DNA of 63,980 nt, counting the filler, from Reclinomonas americana ATCC 50394 (lineage: Eukaryota), in NCBI GenBank assembly GCA_048213135.1. It is 9 parts of 6 records of this genome, joined end to end, with 100 filler letters (N's around TTAATTAATTAA, not from the genome) between each part and the next. Parts side by side here need not be neighbours in the genome. Positions count along the whole stretch, not along the records: positions 60,066 to 62,742 come from PS015424.1; positions 62,843 to 63,980 come from PS015452.1; 7 more parts are not named here. One strand, given 5' to 3'. The translations under genes were made by a program, and so were the position numbers. The notes below the pieces were generated by a model. That model was not told the DNA's origin. It saw only the letters and a program-made list of their open reading frames with translations, and made no database searches. Positions 60,066 through 63,980 of the stretch are shown piece after piece. Positions within the stretch are counted from its first letter, which is position 1, and every line of letters begins with the position of its first letter.

Positions 60066-61978
60066 CTCTTGAGGCTGTTGAAAGGAAAGTGTGAGGCACC
60101 CTTCACCACGAATAGTCAACAAGAGAGGTGCTGACAGACCTGGCCACGACATCTCGCTCCGCGTGCAGTTGCTGCGACAAGGACGAGCACTCCTTTTGTG
60201 ACGTTCCCAGTGCGCCTTCCAGCTCCACCTTTGCGGCACTCAGAGTCTGCACGGTGCCTTGCGCGGTGGACAGTTCGCTCTTGAGGCTACCGAGCATACG
60301 ACAATGGTCAGCGTCGCGCACGCACGCAGAGCTGCACAGACAACCAGCAGCACACCTGACCACTGTCGCCTGCTCTACACTCAGCTGCTGCGCCAGTGTG
60401 GAACACTGCTGCTTGCTGTCAGTCAGTGCCGCGTCCAGTGCAGCTCCTCGCTGCAACGCTTCGTCCTTGGCGACCATAGTGGACGAGAGCATCTCTCGTG
60501 TCTCCTGCAACGTGGCTTGCAGCCTACGGTAGATGTTAGCCGTGGAGCAGAAATCAGTCAATGTCAGTCATCTACGCACTGTTGTGATTGTGCGCTGCTT
60601 TGTCGCAGCTCCGTATCCAGCTTGCTGTGCGCCGCCTGCGCACTCTCCAACTGACCGTTCAGGCGCTCAACAGAAGCCTTTTCTTCGCCCAGCAGCCGTC
60701 GAAGCCTGGTCGCAAGAACTGTAAGCACATTAACGCCTCCCGCGCATGCATGCAATGGCGCGAGTACGCAACTCCTCCGTCTCCTGCTCGCTCTTGGCGC
60801 GCAGGCTAGTCAAGGCGCCCTCCAGCTGCGTCTTGGCCTCACTCAGAGCCTTGATTTGCGCGGCTTGCCTGTGACACAGATTCAGTCAGTGTTTTAGCAA
60901 CAAACGGGTAGCATTTCAACCACAGTCACTCAACTCGGCGAGCTGAGTGTCCTGCAATTTGCCGCGCTGCTCCAGCTGCGCCGTGTGCTCCTTGAGCTGC
61001 GCATTTTCGCTCGCTGACGCCTCGTTCTGCTGCATCGAGCTCACAAGCTTGGCCGAGGTTCTGCGCGTGTAGAATCACGGGTAAGACACAAAATCGGAGA
61101 GTAAATAAACATGGAGGCACTCAGCGCAACTGTTCAAAGCGTGAGCGCAACGCCGCGATTTCCTCGCCGCGTGCGGCCACTTGCCCTTGCAAACTGCGCG
61201 CAGCACACCAGTTAAGCACCAACATCAATAACAAATATCAGCATGCACTTCTATAGATTTCCTCTTTCCGCAACTCGTGGACCTTGTCGGTGTTCTCCTT
61301 GAGCTGAGCTCGCACCGCTGTCAGCTCGCCGCGCGTCGCCTGCAATTCACCCTCCTGCACGTGCTTGGCGCTGCTGGCGGCATCCAGCTCGCTCTGCAGT
61401 CGCGTACATTCGTGTCGGCTGGCTTCGATGCGCGTCTCGGCGGCGACTAGTGCCGCCTCCTTGGAGGTCAGCACCTCCGACCGCAAATCAAGTGTCATGG
61501 TGAGCTCCTCCACACGCGACTCGGCCGCCTCCAGGCCCTCGGCCAACTCCACGAGCTGCGAATCGCGCTCGGCCAGATTCGCCTGCGCAGCGGCGAGCTC
61601 GTCGGCTCGCGCCTTGAGCGCCGCCGTTGCCTTGCTCAGCTCCTCCTCGGCCTTCTTCAGCTTGTCGCCGGCCGCTTTCGCCGCCTGTTGCGCGTCGGTC
61701 GCTCGCTGCTCGCTCTCCTTGGCACGATCCTCGGCAATCGAGGCTCGTGCCGACAGCTCGCCCACATGCGTCTGCAACGACGCGATCGTCTCCTTCTGGG
61801 ACGACATGGCGGCCTCGCGCCGATGCAGCGTCTCCGCTACCACCTCTGCCATGCGTTTCTGCAATTGCGCGTTGGTCTCCTGTTCGCGAGCGAGGCGCTC
61901 GCGAGTGGCCGCCAGTTCCTGTTGTGCGACTTGCAGCTCGTCTTCCAGTACCTGGCGTTCCTCGTGTACGCCGCGGAC
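60066..61978 (-). CDS. Long coiled-coil protein fragment (golgin/myosin-tail-like)
   Basis: Successive GT-AG-bounded exons rich in E/L/A/Q/K heptads. Both ends lie in gaps. Confidence 0.7.
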
Positions 61979-62621
61979 CTAGGAGGATAGAGGGGAGGGA
62001 GGGGGAAAGGGGAAGTAGGGGAAGGGAGGGGAGAAGGGGAGGAGGAAGGAAGAAGGTGAGCAACAAGGGAGGGAGAGGGAAACAGAGAAAAGAGAGAAAA
62101 CAGGGGAAAGGAGAAGGGCGCAAGAGGGAAAGAAATGAAGAAGACAAAGGAGAAGGGGAAAAAGTAGAAGAGGCAGGAGAAAGGAAACGGAGTGAGCGGG
62201 ACAAATAGAATGGAGGGAGAGGAATGACAGAAGGAGAGAAACGGACATGAAAGGAGGGGAGAATGAAGGGGGCATGAGAAAAAGAGAGAATGAAGACTTC
62301 GGGAACGGAGGAGGCAAAGGATAGGGGCAGAGGAAGAGGAAACCAGCGATTCGAAGGAAGACGAACGCAGATGACGGGAAAGAGAGTGGAAATAAAGAAC
62401 CCACCAACGACGGTGATGACAGACAACATGGAATATATCAAGCAGGAGATAGGAAGTAGATGGCGCCGACAAACAGAGGGGAGAGAGAGAGATATGAAAG
62501 AGAGATGTAGGAAGAGAGAGAACGAGAAACAAGAAAGAGAGACAGAGAGAATGGAAGAGAGACAGAGAGAATGGAAGAGAGCCAGAGAGAATGGAAGAGA
62601 GAGAAAAAGAGAGAGTTAGGA

Positions 62622-62670
<49 letters not shown>

Positions 62671-62893
62671 AGAAGAAGAAGAGAGCGCGTACGACGAACG
62701 AAACGAAACGGAAACGGAAAGGAAACGAAAACGAAGAAGAAGNNNNNNNNNNNNNNNNNNNNNNNNNNNNNNNNNNNNNNNNNNNNTTAATTAATTAANN
62801 NNNNNNNNNNNNNNNNNNNNNNNNNNNNNNNNNNNNNNNNNNAGAGAGAGAGAGAGACGACGACACGACACGACGACACCACACACACGACGT

Positions 62894-62979
<86 letters not shown>

Positions 62980-63029
62980 GAGCACACACACACATGAGTG
63001 CATGCCATCAACCACAGACACACACGCAT

Positions 63030-63939
63030 TTGTGTCATGACACACCGAGGGGAGAGCATTGGCGCAGGCGGGCATCGGGTTCGTCACATCGCCGCACACC
63101 TGCAGCTGATACGTGCGGTCCTCGCCGTCACGAGTGCCGCGCCAGACTGCATGCACACATACACAGTGAGTGAGAGAGAAAGGAGAGAGAGAGAGAGGGA
63201 GAGTGAAGGAGAGAAAGGGGGAGCGAAGAAAGAGAGAGAGAGAGAGAGAAAGAGAGCACACACATGCACACAAACACGCACACACACACACGCACAAAGA
63301 CACACAGGAGGGGGAGAGAGAGTGCAGAGGGAGAGAGAGAGCACACACATGCACACAAACACGCACACGCACGCACGCAGAGAGAGAGAGAGAGAGAAGA
63401 GCAGAGTGAAGAGAGAGGGAGAGAGACGGAGAATGAAGAGAGAGAGAAATGGAGAGATGAGAGAGCACACACAGAGACACAGAGACACGCACGCACACAG
63501 TGAGAGAGGAGAGAGAGGGAGAGAAGAGAGAGAGCACACAAAAGCACACACGCACACACAGAGAGAGAGAGGAGGGGGGGGAGTGCACAGAAAGAGAGAG
63601 AGAAGAGAGAGAGAGAGGAGGGAGAGAGAGAACACACAATGCATGAGTTTCTCCGCTCCTTCTCACTCTCCTCATGTCCACAAAAAAACACGCAACTGTA
63701 CGAGCCGCTCGGGTTGATGGTAGAAGTCAGATCGTACTGAGTCCTGTGCGCGCGCACACATACAAAGAAAGAAGGAGACAGCGTGAGACACTCATAAAGA
63801 GTTAGTGACTCTGACTGCGAGAATGAAACTTTCCGCCATCGGGCGACCACTTGCACGGCCATGTGCGGGCATTGGCGGTGACAGCAGCGCACAGCAGGCA
63901 AAGAGCCAGGGCAGAGAGCAGGAGAGTGAACTTTGACAT
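63030..63939 (-). CDS. Secreted or membrane protein with a mannose-6-phosphate receptor homology (MRH/ATG27-like) domain, 5' exons
   Basis: Signal peptide MSKFTLLLSALALCLLCAAVTA, then C..GGK|TQYDLT...SY|IWRG..TYQLQVCGDV...C. Confidence 0.65.
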
Positions 63940-63980
63940 TTTTTCGTTTCTCACTAGCGACTGGGACAGATTGTGAGCAC

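Noticed and set aside
60766..60772. GTTGCG on the minus strand as another shifted donor
   Set aside because: Phase requires the nearby GTACTC donor, so this copy is partly exonic and was not counted.
7377..62798. Recurrent TTAATTAATTAA palindrome
   Set aside because: Always embedded in N runs; a synthetic six-frame-stop scaffolding spacer.
61981..63690. Long ORFs in GA/CA-rich stretches
   Set aside because: Intronic microsatellite and purine-rich sequence with no protein-like composition.

Overview
This is a draft scaffold of a compact, intron-dense microbial eukaryote (typical introns about 55-120 nt, abundant CA/GA microsatellites). Contigs are joined by N-TTAATTAATTAA-N linkers, and at least four small contigs are inverted. 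Manual splicing reconstructs about 24 protein-coding genes plus one tRNA-Val. They include TBCCD1, an FHA protein, a DUG3/EgtC-like amidotransferase, a peroxisomal multifunctional beta-oxidation enzyme with a PTS2 signal, three tandem ABM-like genes, PAM16, NDUFB4, a GH5 endoglycoceramidase, TTC5, a HEAT protein, an EF-hand protein, a BI-1/LFG protein, an LRR/CCHCR1-like protein, a BTB-pentapeptide protein, EXO70 and an MRH protein. The most striking signal is the splicing code. About 29 introns start with a shifted donor, GTTGCG, almost only where the exon does not end in G, alongside ordinary G|GTGCG and G|GTGAG donors. There are also 3-10 nt microexons. Second, an NLR-like gene (three ubiquitin-like exons, a long intronless NACHT exon, and a decayed pentapeptide/WD40 tail) sits between degenerate direct repeats. 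All gene identities come from recognising motifs by eye; no database searches were run.
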